NCBI RefSeq assembly: GCF_054482595.1
Contig: NZ_CM137008.1
Length of the DNA: 64,000 bases
Reading direction: 5' to 3' (one strand)
Position 1 is the stretch's first letter. Each line of letters begins with the position of its first letter. The position numbers and the translations under genes were made by a program. The notes under the pieces were generated by a model, which was not told the DNA's origin, made no database searches, and worked only from the letters and a program-made list of their open reading frames with translations. Of the stretch, positions 44,718-53,873 are shown in pieces.

Positions 44718-44807
44718 TACTTATAACCAAAGATAACTCAAGTTATAAAAATTAGCAATAACCTTTGTTATTTTACTTTGGATAACCGTAGTTATAGATT
44801 TGTGGGT
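44718..44807. promoter_or_regulatory. OR operators with divergent pR/pRM promoters
   Basis: Repeated imperfect palindromes with ATAAC...GTTAT half-sites (ataactcaagttat, aataacctttgttatt, ataaccgtagttat). Confidence 0.6.
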
Positions 44808-45515
44808 ATGAAAACATTCGCAGAAAGACTAAATGCAGCCATGAGCTCAGCAGGGGTATCACAATCACAGCTTGCTGACATGGTTGGAATATCTCAGCCA
44901 GCCATACAGAAGATGTCGTCCGGTAAAACAAACGGATCTCGCAAGATGGTTGAATTAGCCAATGCTTTAAAAGTGCGTCCTGAATGGCTTAGTTCTGGTA
45001 TTGGTGAAATGAGGGATGGTGCACATGAAGAACCATCCAATGTCCGTGAGTCATCTTTAAAAGCTGTGGTATGGGAAGACATTAAAAGAAACGATGACGA
45101 GTTTGTTGCGTTGCCTCTTCTTAACGTTTCGCTTTCAGCTGGAAGCGGTAGCTGCGAGCTAGAGGAATCATCGGAGTTCTCTTTGGTTTTCAGAAAGCAC
45201 TATCTGAAAAAGATGGGAGTATCTGAAAGATCAGCCAAGCTAGTTAGGGTTGTAGGGCAAAGCATGGAACCAACGCTTCACGATGGCGATGTTGTTGGTG
45301 TTAACACGCAAGATACCACAATCAGAGATGGTAAAACCTACGCTATTTGCCAGTCTGATTTGTTACGAGTAAAAACATTAATCGCCACCCCTACATCGGT
45401 GATAATCAGATCAATAAATCGCGAAGAGTACCCGGATGAAGTAATGGATAGAGATGAATTTCATAAAACCGTAAGGATTATTGGCAGAGTATTCTGGTCG
45501 TCTCATAGTTGGTAA
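44808..45515 (+). CDS. cI: CI-type prophage repressor, HTH + S24 LexA-like autopeptidase domain (235 aa)
   Basis: ORF 44778..45515 trimmed to MKTFAERLNAAMSSAGVSQSQLADMVGISQPAIQKM; C-terminal GQSMEPTL with Ser and later Lys of S24 peptidases. Confidence 0.85.
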   Translation: MKTFAERLNAAMSSAGVSQSQLADMVGISQPAIQKMSSGKTNGSRKMVELANALKVRPEWLSSGIGEMRDGAHEEPSNVRESSLKAVVWEDIKRNDDEFVALPLLNVSLSAGSGSCELEESSEFSLVFRKHYLKKMGVSERSAKLVRVVGQSMEPTLHDGDVVGVNTQDTTIRDGKTYAICQSDLLRVKTLIATPTSVIIRSINREEYPDEVMDRDEFHKTVRIIGRVFWSSHSW

Positions 45516-45757
45516 CCGATAATCAGAAGAAGACTTACGGAAGTGCGGAGGGATAATGGAATTTCTGATAGTTTTTGTTGTTGTTTTGGTCATCATTCTT
45601 TTTGTTTTGCTAAGCATTAGCAAAAAGCTATCTCAAATGATTGAACATAGCTCTAATCGCGCAAAATAGACTGGCCCCCTGAATCTCCAGACAACCAATA
45701 TCACTTATTTAAGTGATAGTCTTAATACTAGTTTTTAGACTAGTCATTGGAGAGCAG

Positions 45758-46123
45758 ATGATTGATGTCTTAGGACCGGAGAAACGCAGACGGCGTACTA
45801 CACAGGAAAAGATCGCTATTGTTCAGCAGAGTTTTGAACCGGGAATGACAGTCTCCCTTGTTGCCCGGCAACACGGTGTGGCAGCCAGCCAGTTATTTCT
45901 CTGGCGCAAGCAATACCAGGAGGGAAGTCTTACTGCTGTGGCCGCAGGAGAACAGGTCGTTCCTGCCTCTGAACTTGCTGCCGCCATGAAGCAGATTAAA
46001 GAACTCCAGCGCCTGCTCGGCAAAAAAACGATGGAAAATGAACTCCTTAAAGAAGCCGTTGAATACGGGCGTGCAAAAAAGTGGATAGCGCACGCGCCCT
46101 TATTGCCCGGGGATGGGGAGTAA
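45758..46123 (+). CDS. insC: IS2 transposase OrfA (InsC, 121 aa)
   Basis: [58 protein letters not shown]3-family HTH OrfA. Confidence 0.9.
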
Positions 46124-46986
46124 GCTTAGTCAGCCGTTGTCTCCGGGTGTCGCGTGCGCAGTTGCACGTCATTCTCAGACGAACCGATGACTGGAAAGAT
46201 GGTCGCCGCAGCCGTCACTCAGATGATACGGATGTGCTTCTCCGTATACACCATGTTATCGGAGAGCTGCCCACATATGGTTATCGTCGGGTATGGGCGC
46301 TGCTTCGCAGACAGGCCGAACTTGATGGTATGCCTGCGATCAATGCCAAACGTATTTACCGGATCATGCGCCAGAATGCGCTGTTGCTTGAGCGAAAACC
46401 CGCTGTACCGCCATCGAAACGGGCACATACCGGCAGAGTGGCTGTGAAAGAAAGTAATCAGCGATGGTGCTCTGACGGGTTCGAGTTCCGCTGTGATAAC
46501 GGAGAAAAACTGCGAGTCACGTTCGCGCTGGACTGCTGTGACCGTGAGGCACTGCACTGGGCGGTCACTACGGGCGGCTTCAACAGTGAAACAGTACAGG
46601 ACGTCATGCTGGGAGCGGTGGAACGCCGTTTCGGCAACGAGCTTCCGGCGTCTCCAGTAGAGTGGCTGACGGATAATGGTTCATGCTACCGGGCTAATGA
46701 AACACGGCAGTTTGCCCGGATGTTGGGGCTTGAACCGAAGAACACGGCGGTGCGGAGTCCGGAGAGTAACGGCATAGCAGAGAGCTTCGTGAAAACGATA
46801 AAGCGTGACTACATCAGTGTCATGCCCAAACCAGACGGGTTAACGGCAGCAAAGAACCTTGCAGAGGCATTCGAGCATTATAACGAATGGCATCCGCATA
46901 GTGCACTGGGTTATCGCTCGCCACGGGAATATCTACGGCAGCAAGCCAGTAATGGGTTAAGTGATAACAGGTGTCTGGAAATATAG
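46081..46986 (+). CDS. insD: IS2 transposase OrfB (InsD, 301 aa; expressed as InsCD by frameshift)
   Basis: DDE integrase-type translation overlapping orfA 3' end in a different frame. Confidence 0.9.
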
Positions 46987-47191
46987 GGGCAAATCCACAA
47001 AAGAAGAAGAGCATCTAATTGATATAAAAGAGATTCTATCTGATATAAAAATCACATTAGATGAAATAAAATACACAACAGATCTAATTGAACAGTATAA
47101 AATACCAACCCCAAACGAGAGAAAAGCAATAGATCAATATCGTATTGACTTAGAAATCGACGAAATGCTAAGCAAAAGAAAAGACTAAAAA

Positions 47192-47220
47192 CACCCGGCC
47201 TCAGCGCCGGGTTTTCTTTT
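47192..47220 (+). terminator. Rho-independent terminator after the IS2-split gene
   Basis: cccggcc tcag cgccggg followed by ttttctttt. Confidence 0.7.
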
Positions 47221-47349
47221 CCTGCCGTTCACCACCCAATCACCCATCATCATCATAGACAAGCATCAAGCCAAAGGTAACACCTTCACCCCGCACGCAA
47301 GCCCTCAAACACCAATCAATCAGCAACATTTACAAAAATAAAATACATT

Positions 47350-47426
47350 TGTTATCCATCACTTATAACTTATTTACCACAAAATATAAGTTAGGTTATT
47401 GACCACACCTATAACCTAAGTTATCT
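47350..47426. promoter_or_regulatory. OL operators / pL region
   Basis: Same half-site family as OR (ataagttaggttat, ataacctaagttat) upstream of nutL and N. Confidence 0.55.
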
Positions 47427-47472
47427 TTAAGCCATCAGCAGGACGCTGGTAGCCAAACGGAACAGATTGGCA

Positions 47473-47514
47473 GGCTCTTTAACATTGATGGGATTGTCCC
47501 GCCGAAATGCGGGA
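47473..47514 (+). promoter_or_regulatory. nutL (boxA + boxB)
   Basis: boxA GGCTCTTTAACA (47473..47484) and boxB TCCCGC-CGAAAT-GCGGGA (47497..47514), identical to nutR boxB. Confidence 0.7.
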
Positions 47515-47708
47515 ACCAAAGAGTAGTTGGCTTTGGGATTGGATGAATGAGCAGGCTGATGCTCGACCAATGTATAAACAGCGCTCATGGCAAGCAGTAA
47601 CCAATCTGCGCCTCAAGACAGCGTCACTGGTAGTGCGGGCGCTCTAACCAGTAAGCCGGAATTCAGCACCGGCCATCCAATCACCAAAGTCAATCATCGG
47701 AGGTCAAC

Positions 47709-48008
47709 ATGACAGTAGTCATTACATATCTGGCTGACGATAACGCCAGAAATCGCCGCAGAGCACGCAGACAGACTCAACGTGAACAGGCAATGCAAGA
47801 GCAGCGACTGGCGCGAAAAATTGCGCTAAAGCTCTCTGGTTGCGTCAGAGCAGATAAAGCAGCATCACTCGGAAGCCTTCGCTGCAAGAAGGCAGAAGAA
47901 GTCGAGCGTAAACAGAACCGTATTTACTACCGCAAGCCACGCAGTGAAATGGGTGTGACTTGTGTTGGTCGCCAGAAAATGAAATTAGGCAGCAAACCAC
48001 TTATTTGA
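47709..48008 (+). CDS. N: Antiterminator N (99 aa)
   Basis: Arg-rich N-terminus (NARNRRRARRQTQREQ) and C-terminus RIYYRKPRSEMGVTCVGRQKMKLGSKPLI paralleling lambda N. Confidence 0.8.
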   Translation: MTVVITYLADDNARNRRRARRQTQREQAMQEQRLARKIALKLSGCVRADKAASLGSLRCKKAEEVERKQNRIYYRKPRSEMGVTCVGRQKMKLGSKPLI

Positions 48009-48016
48009 GGTGAGAT

Positions 48017-48439
48017 GTGGAAGAACAAGCAAACAAGATTCTCGTAGAACTACTGCAAAAAGCCAGCAATGGAATAGACGCGGCTGTTTCATTTAGCCAG
48101 GCACAGATTCCTGATGTTGTTCATCAGTTGCTAATATGGAGTTTTGTCCATAGCGCACTTTTCCAAGTGACTGGGTTGTTGCTTTTAATTGCAGCAATGA
48201 AACTTCCTAGTTTTGCAAGAACGGCAAGAAATAATGGCGAGAGATGGACGTCTTTCGATGGATGTCCAAATGATGGATATTTTATATCTTCGTTTTATTA
48301 CGATATATGCACTGTATTTGCTCCTGTATTTGGCCCAATTATTGGCGTTTTAATTATTGCCTTCAATTTCGAATGGTTGAAGATTTGGCTTGCACCTAAG
48401 TTATTCCTAATTGAATATGCAGCGTCATTGGTTAAGTAA
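48017..48439 (+). CDS. Hypothetical membrane protein (140 aa, GTG start) directly after N
   Basis: GAGG 7 nt upstream of GTG 48017; two or three predicted TM helices. Confidence 0.5.
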   Translation: MEEQANKILVELLQKASNGIDAAVSFSQAQIPDVVHQLLIWSFVHSALFQVTGLLLLIAAMKLPSFARTARNNGERWTSFDGCPNDGYFISSFYYDICTVFAPVFGPIIGVLIIAFNFEWLKIWLAPKLFLIEYAASLVK

Positions 48440-48625
48440 TTTCAGGCCGAATATTCGGCCTTTATTTTTAGCATAAACAACAGAGGTGAATATGAACGCA
48501 GTTGAATTTACAAAATGGATGGCAGAGCAAGATATCACAGGAGCCGACGAAAAGGCTGTGTACTACATGGCTATGCTATGGATTCACAAAGCAAAAGAGG
48601 CTGCAAATGCTCTTGGAGGTGAGTG

Positions 48626-48826
48626 ATGTGCGAGTTTTATGAAGCAGATATCAAACGCCCAGAAATGGCAAGTGATGCGACATTACGTGATTACTTCGCA
48701 GCAAAGGCTATGCAAGCAATGATTAGCAATCCATCGATTATCGATAATGATTCTGATGGAGATGTTAATTATGCAGCAAGCGCTGCATATAAGTTTGCAG
48801 ACGCAATGCTCAAAGCTCGCGAATAA
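48626..48826 (+). CDS. Hypothetical protein (66 aa)
   Basis: ATG at 48626 preceded by GGAGG; acidic translation. Confidence 0.4.
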   Translation: MCEFYEADIKRPEMASDATLRDYFAAKAMQAMISNPSIIDNDSDGDVNYAASAAYKFADAMLKARE

Positions 48827-48921
48827 GCACTGTGTATTCATTCCAACGAGTGAATACACGGAGCAATGTCGCTCGTAACTAAACAGGAGCCGACTTGTTC
48901 TGATTGTTGGAAATCTTCTTT

Positions 48922-48949
48922 GCCCTCCAGTGTGAGGGCAATTTTTTTT
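48922..48949 (+). terminator. Rho-independent terminator within pL operon (antitermination target)
   Basis: gccctc cagtgt gagggc followed by aattttttttg. Confidence 0.65.
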
Positions 48950-48961
48950 GATGGAGGATAT

Positions 48962-49930
48962 ATGAGTGAAGTAACAGATTTAGTTGTTATTGAAAAAGCA
49001 AATGCAATGACTGTATTTCAGTCTGCCGACCAGATTGAAGAAATTCTCCAAAAGGTTGAACGTGAAGTTATGTCATTTGTGCCTGATATCACAACGGCAA
49101 AGGGCAGAAAGGAGATCGCTTCTCTGGCGTATAAAGTTGCGCAGACGAAAACATATCTCGATGGTCTTGGCAAAGACCTTGTTGCTGAACTGAAGGAAAT
49201 TCCAAAGCTAATTGATGCCAACCGCAAGACAGTGCGCGATCGCCTTGATGAACTGAAAGCCAAGGCGCGCCAGCCTCTTACTGATTATGAGGAAGAACAG
49301 GCGCGGATTAAAGCCGAAGAAGAAGCTAAGGCAGCAGCTGAAGCTCTCGCAAAGCAAATTGAGTCTGACCATGAAATAGCGATTTTGATGGATCGCGAAT
49401 TTGACCGCCAAAGAGAAGAGGCAAGACTCAAAGCGGAGCAGGAAAAGCGAGAGCATGAAGAACGATTAAAAAGAGAAGCTGAAGAGAAAGCCAGAGCTGA
49501 AGCCGAAGCAAAGGCAAAAGCCGAAATTGAAGCAGCAGCAAGACGAGAAGCAGAGGCTAAGGCCGCAGCGGAACGTGCAGAGCGTGAACGCATTGAAGCC
49601 GAGCAACGAGCACAGCGCGAAGCAAAAGAGGCAGCAGAACGAGCTGAAAGAGAAAAGCATGCGGCAATTGAAGCAGAACGCCGTAAAGCACAGGAGGAGG
49701 CAGAACGAATCCGGCGCGAGGCTGAAGCAAAAGAGCAAGCCAGAATAGCAGAAGAAAAAAGAATCAAGGACGAAGAAGAGCGTAGAGCAAAGGATAAAGC
49801 TCACCGGAAAGAAGTAAATAACAAAATACTTGCTGACCTTATCAAGGTTGGCGCATCAGAAGATGTTGCTAAAAATATCATAACAGCCATCGTAAAAGGC
49901 GAAGTATTCGCAACAAAAATAACCTACTAA
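48962..49930 (+). CDS. Hypothetical protein with long Ala/Glu/Lys/Arg coiled coil (TolA-like central region, 322 aa)
   Basis: GGAGG RBS then ATG 48962; about 150 residues of EAKAKAE/AERAERE-type repeats. Confidence 0.55.
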   Translation: MSEVTDLVVIEKANAMTVFQSADQIEEILQKVEREVMSFVPDITTAKGRKEIASLAYKVAQTKTYLDGLGKDLVAELKEIPKLIDANRKTVRDRLDELKAKARQPLTDYEEEQARIKAEEEAKAAAEALAKQIESDHEIAILMDREFDRQREEARLKAEQEKREHEERLKREAEEKARAEAEAKAKAEIEAAARREAEAKAAAERAERERIEAEQRAQREAKEAAERAEREKHAAIEAERRKAQEEAERIRREAEAKEQARIAEEKRIKDEEERRAKDKAHRKEVNNKILADLIKVGASEDVAKNIITAIVKGEVFATKITY

Positions 49931-49954
49931 TAAAACCAACATAAGGAACCACCC

Positions 49955-50086
49955 ATGATTTACGCAATCGCGGGAGGCGCTCGCATGGGTGCCTTCCAAT
50001 TAAATGAATCTTTACTTGAACGAATCACCCGTAAATTACGTGACGGATGGAAAAGAGTTGAGGTCTTATTATGCGCAATGAAATAG
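49955..50086 (+). CDS. cIII: CIII-like protease inhibitor (43 aa)
   Basis: MIYAIAGGARMGAFQLNESLLERITRKLRDGWKR; core LLERITRKLRDGWKR matches lambda CIII as recalled; found by manual translation. Confidence 0.7.
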   Translation: MIYAIAGGARMGAFQLNESLLERITRKLRDGWKRVEVLLCAMK

Positions 50087-50223
50087 CCATTAATCACCAG
50101 ATGCTTCGTGCGGCACAAAACAAAGCAGTAATAGCCAGATTTATTGGTGATTCCAAAATGTGGCTTGAAGCAAATAAAGCGATGAAATCAGCTATCAACC
50201 TTCCGTGGTATCGCAGGAAATGA
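50071..50223 (+). CDS. kil: Kil-like host-killing protein (50 aa)
   Basis: MRNEIAINHQMLRAAQNKAVIARFIGDSKMWLEANKAMKSAI resembles lambda Kil; overlaps cIII end. Confidence 0.5.
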   Translation: MRNEIAINHQMLRAAQNKAVIARFIGDSKMWLEANKAMKSAINLPWYRRK

Positions 50224-50477
50224 GTTTTACAGATAACTGGTCAGACGAAGAATTCATTCGTCAGATGAAAGATTTAATCGGTAACGAAGGAGATATTCAT
50301 GTCACTTGCAACCACAGTGAAGGAGAGCAAGTTACAGAGACGCATGTACACGCAGAAAGCTCTCTGGTATCGCCATAATGGCGACCGCGAAGGAATGCGG
50401 GTATGCCTTAATTTGTCCCGAGTCGAAGTATTAAATCAGCGTTATTTCCTTGGGCCATGTCCATTCTGAGGTGAATT

Positions 50478-51185
50478 ATGGATTTGAATAAATTCGATGA
50501 GCCATTCAGCCCTGAAGATATCGAATGGCGAATACAGCAAAGCGGTAAAACACGCGATGGCAAAGTGTGGGCTATGGTGCTGGCTTATGTCACGAACCGG
50601 GCAATCATGAAACGCCTGGACGATGTTTGCGGCAAAGCAGGATGGCGCAATGAATACCGCGATATTCCCAACAACGGCGGCGTTGAATGCGGCATATCAA
50701 TAAAGATTGATTCCGAATGGGTAACCAAATGGGATGCTGCTGAAAACACGCAGGTAGAAGCCGTCAAAGGTGGTCGTTCCGGTGCAATGAAGCGCGCTGC
50801 CGTTCAGTGGGGAATCGGTAGGTATCTGTATAACCTTGAGGAAGGTTTCGCACAAACATCTCTCGATAAAAAGCAGGGGTGGCACAGGGCAAAACTCAAG
50901 GATGGAACAGGATTTTACTGGCTCCCTCCATCGCTGCCGGGATGGGCAATCCCAGCATCAGATAACAAACCATCACCAGAAAATACCAACCAGAAATCTC
51001 CATCGGTTAACTGCGAACAAATCCTGAAAGACTTCAGCGATTATGCGTCAACAGAAACTGACAAGAAAAAACTCATCGAGCGTTATCAGCGTGACTGGCA
51101 ATTAATGGCTGGCAACGAGGAGGCGCAGGCTAAATGCGTTCAGGTAATGAACATCAGAGTTAACGAGCTAAAACAGGCGGCATAA
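50478..51185 (+). CDS. Rad52-type single-strand annealing protein (Sak-like, 235 aa)
   Basis: DIEWRIQQSGKTRDGKVWAMVLAYVTNRAIMKRLDDVCGKAGWRNEY...AVKGGRSGAMKRAAVQWGIGRYLY, Rad52/Rad22-like. Confidence 0.75.
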   Translation: MDLNKFDEPFSPEDIEWRIQQSGKTRDGKVWAMVLAYVTNRAIMKRLDDVCGKAGWRNEYRDIPNNGGVECGISIKIDSEWVTKWDAAENTQVEAVKGGRSGAMKRAAVQWGIGRYLYNLEEGFAQTSLDKKQGWHRAKLKDGTGFYWLPPSLPGWAIPASDNKPSPENTNQKSPSVNCEQILKDFSDYASTETDKKKLIERYQRDWQLMAGNEEAQAKCVQVMNIRVNELKQAA

Positions 51186-51659
51186 ATGGCAAGTAGAGGC
51201 GTAAATAAGGTGATCATTATTGGTCGCCTTGGGCATGATCCAGAAATCAGATATTCACCATCAGGAACGGCATTTGCAAACCTTACAGTTGCTACGTCAG
51301 AACAATGGCGTGATAAGAAAACTGGAGAGCAAAAGGAGCAGACGGAGTGGCACCGCGTGGTAATGAGCGGGAAACTGGCAGAAATTGCCAGCGAATATCT
51401 GCGAAAAGGCTCTGAGGTTTATCTTGAAGGAAAATTGCGGACAAGAAAATGGCAGGATCAAAGCGGACAGGATAGGTTCACTACCGAAGTCATCGTGGGC
51501 GTTGGTGGAACCATGCAAATGCTTGGTGGCAAGCAAGGAGGCAATGAACAGTCTTCACCTCAGCGAAATAACGGTCAGCAACAAAGACAGCAATCTCAGC
51601 AGCAGGGGAATCACAGCGAACCACCTATGAACTTCGACGATTCGGATATTCCGTTCTAG
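51186..51659 (+). CDS. ssb: Single-stranded DNA-binding protein (157 aa)
   Basis: OB-fold N-terminus [36 protein letters not shown], Gln/Gly-rich linker, acidic tail DDSDIPF. Confidence 0.9.
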   Translation: MASRGVNKVIIIGRLGHDPEIRYSPSGTAFANLTVATSEQWRDKKTGEQKEQTEWHRVVMSGKLAEIASEYLRKGSEVYLEGKLRTRKWQDQSGQDRFTTEVIVGVGGTMQMLGGKQGGNEQSSPQRNNGQQQRQQSQQQGNHSEPPMNFDDSDIPF

Positions 51660-51668
51660 GAGCTGAAT

Positions 51669-52148
51669 ATGAAAATCTGCTCAAGATGCCATCAACAGAA
51701 GGAAGAAAGGGACTTTCAAATCAGAAGAGCATCCAGAGATGGATTAACTGCCGCTTGCCGGGCTTGCCTGGCTGAATATGACAAAGAGCGCGCGGGATTG
51801 CCACATCGAGTATCAGCAAGGAGAAAATATCAATCATCGGAACGCGGAAGAGAACGGTGTAACGCAGCCAAAAAGCGGTTCATTCAGAGCAACCCATGGA
51901 AAAGAAAAGCCCACATCATCGTGGGTAATTTTTTGCGCGACGGTAAGCTAATCCGACCACCACAATGTGAGTGCTGCGGATCAGAATGTAAACCACAGTC
52001 GCACCACTGCGACTACAGCAAACCAACCGATGTGATGTGGCTCTGCAAGTCATGTCATGTCGAGTGGCACAAACATAACAAACCTATCTACCCAGACGAG
52101 GAACCAGTAACTCTCCCCTTCCCTCGTCACGCTATTCACGCAATTTAA
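51669..52148 (+). CDS. HNH-type endonuclease-like Cys-rich protein (159 aa)
   Basis: CSRCH...CRAC and CECCGSE...HHCDYSKP...CKSCHVEWH zinc-binding HNH-like arrangement. Confidence 0.55.
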   Translation: MKICSRCHQQKEERDFQIRRASRDGLTAACRACLAEYDKERAGLPHRVSARRKYQSSERGRERCNAAKKRFIQSNPWKRKAHIIVGNFLRDGKLIRPPQCECCGSECKPQSHHCDYSKPTDVMWLCKSCHVEWHKHNKPIYPDEEPVTLPFPRHAIHAI

Positions 52149-52156
52149 GGACTTAC

Positions 52157-52705
52157 ATGAATCACTTGATGGTTGACCTTGAAACAATGGGCAACGGGCC
52201 ATACGCGCCAGTTATTTCTATTGGGGCGGTATTCTTTGATCCGAATACCGGAGAAACAGGAGAAGAGTTCTCGGTAAATATCTCGCTTGAATCATCAATG
52301 CGATATCGAGCGCGTCCTGACGCTTCAACGATTTTATGGTGGCTGGAACAGAGTGAAGAAGCCAGAAAATCGCTAACCAGCAACACTCAGGAGCTTTCAA
52401 CGGCTCTTTCATGGTTATCTGAATTCATCATAAAGAACGCTAACCACAAATTCGTTCAGGTTTGGGGGAATGGAGCATCATTTGACTGCGTTATTCTCCG
52501 AAACAGTTATTCGCTGACAGGGCAGCCAGTTCCGTGGCAGTGGTGGAATGACCGCGACGTAAGAACAATCGTCGAACTTGGGAAGGTAATAGGATTCGAC
52601 CCTAAGCGAGATATGCCATTCAAAGGAACTCGCCACAACGCTCTTGATGATGCCATTCACCAAGCCAAATACGTTTCAGCGATCTGGAAAAAGTTAGCTA
52701 AATAA
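52157..52705 (+). CDS. DnaQ-like 3'-5' exonuclease (DEDDh family, 182 aa)
   Basis: Exo I motif MVDLETMG, Exo III motif HNALDDAIHQAKY. Confidence 0.7.
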   Translation: MNHLMVDLETMGNGPYAPVISIGAVFFDPNTGETGEEFSVNISLESSMRYRARPDASTILWWLEQSEEARKSLTSNTQELSTALSWLSEFIIKNANHKFVQVWGNGASFDCVILRNSYSLTGQPVPWQWWNDRDVRTIVELGKVIGFDPKRDMPFKGTRHNALDDAIHQAKYVSAIWKKLAK

Positions 52706-52721
52706 TCAACAGGAGAAAACC

Positions 52722-53018
52722 ATGCCAGCGCCTCTGTATGGTGCGGATGACCCGCGCCGCTGTTCCGGCAATTCCGTATCGGAGGTGCTGGATAAATTCA
52801 GAAAAAACTACGATCGGATAATGTCGCTACCTCAGGAAACGAAAGAGGAAAAGGAATTTCGCCATTGTATATGGCTTGCAGAGAAAGAAGAACGCGAGCG
52901 AATTTACCAGACATCAATCCGACCATTCCGCAAAGCCACATATACCCACTTCCCTGAATATATCGACCCGCGCCTGCGTAATTACCGCTCACGCTATGGC
53001 GCTATCAGTAATGACTGA
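52722..53018 (+). CDS. Hypothetical protein (98 aa)
   Basis: ORF with no recognisable motif. Confidence 0.4.
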   Translation: MPAPLYGADDPRRCSGNSVSEVLDKFRKNYDRIMSLPQETKEEKEFRHCIWLAEKEERERIYQTSIRPFRKATYTHFPEYIDPRLRNYRSRYGAISND

Positions 53019-53189
53019 GGAATTTACCATGAGAGGACTTGCATACAATCCCGGCATTCTTCCGGCAGAAATGATTATTCGCCAACGCGTAAAGCCAATG
53101 CCATCGAGAGAGGGATTACTTAAGCGAAACTCGTTTCCATCAGTGAATCAAAACAAATATCTGAATGCGATGTGGCGGAGTGGGAAGAA

Positions 53190-53576
53190 ATGAAACAAAT
53201 GTCACTAATTGAGATGGATGGTTTTCTGAAAGGTAAATGCATCCCACGAGATTTAAAGGTTAACGAAACAAACGCTGAATATCTGGTGCGTAAATTTGCT
53301 GAAGCGGAGGCCAAGTGCGCGGCGCTGGCAGCGGATAATGCGGCGCTTAAACAGTCGGAGAAGGAATTTAATAACTTCTGTCGTCAGGAGTACTACGGTT
53401 GGGAGGACAACTTCACGGAAACCCCAGCCACCGATGCTTTCCTGGCTGAAGTACGGGCGCAGGGTGTGGAGATGGCTATGGAGCATATGCAGTCGAGCGG
53501 TTCGTTAACATTTGGAGATTGCTACATATCACTTAACGAGTTCGCCGCAGAGCTTCGCAAAGGAGGTAACCAGTGA
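53190..53576 (+). CDS. Hypothetical protein (128 aa; start uncertain)
   Basis: ATG at 53190 overlapping upstream stop; no recognised motif. Confidence 0.4.
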   Translation: MKQMSLIEMDGFLKGKCIPRDLKVNETNAEYLVRKFAEAEAKCAALAADNAALKQSEKEFNNFCRQEYYGWEDNFTETPATDAFLAEVRAQGVEMAMEHMQSSGSLTFGDCYISLNEFAAELRKGGNQ

Positions 53577-53872
53577 GTGTATATCTCATTGATAAACGCC
53601 GACGTGGGCAACAAATACCACCTGTAGGAATTCCGAATCACACATGGTTTTGCGTACTTGATATCGATGGCATGGATAAGTTTGTTGACACTCGTCATTA
53701 CTGCGATACCGCAACAGCTACTCCGGCGAAAGCAAAGAAAATGGCTGCTCTGATAGAAAACTGGACTCCACCTGATGGGTGGTGCAATGGGAATGATCGA
53801 GATTGGCATGAAAAAATGAAGGGCTATATCTGCGATTTCTTACGTAAATGCAACGGCTTCAGGGTGATGTGA
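53573..53872 (+). CDS. Hypothetical protein (99 aa)
   Basis: ORF coupled to flanking genes by overlapping start/stop. Confidence 0.4.
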   Translation: MSVYLIDKRRRGQQIPPVGIPNHTWFCVLDIDGMDKFVDTRHYCDTATATPAKAKKMAALIENWTPPDGWCNGNDRDWHEKMKGYICDFLRKCNGFRVM

Positions 53873-53873
53873 C

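Larger units (their letters stand above)
45667..46997 (+). mobile_element. IS2 insertion sequence (1331 bp) with 5-bp target duplication CAAAA
   Basis: Left end tagactggccccctgaatctccagacaacc, right end gtgataacaggtgtctggaaatataggggcaaatcca; flanking caaaa at 45662..45666 and 46998..47002. Confidence 0.92.
45556..47188 (+). pseudogene. Small cI-cotranscribed gene interrupted by IS2 (reconstructed about 98 aa)
   Basis: ATG 45556 to IS2 edge encodes MEFLIVFVVVLVIILFVLLSISKKLSQMIEHSSNRAK; frame resumes after IS2 at 47003 (EEEHLIDIKEILSDIK...SKRKD) to stop at 47186-47188. Confidence 0.65.

Noticed and set aside
49285-49804. Two long minus-strand ORFs (160 and 112 aa) rich in Ser/Ala/Cys/Phe
   Set aside because: They are antisense to the GAA/GCA-rich coiled-coil gene 48962..49930; low-complexity composition creates stop-free antisense frames. 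No RBS; treated as artefacts.
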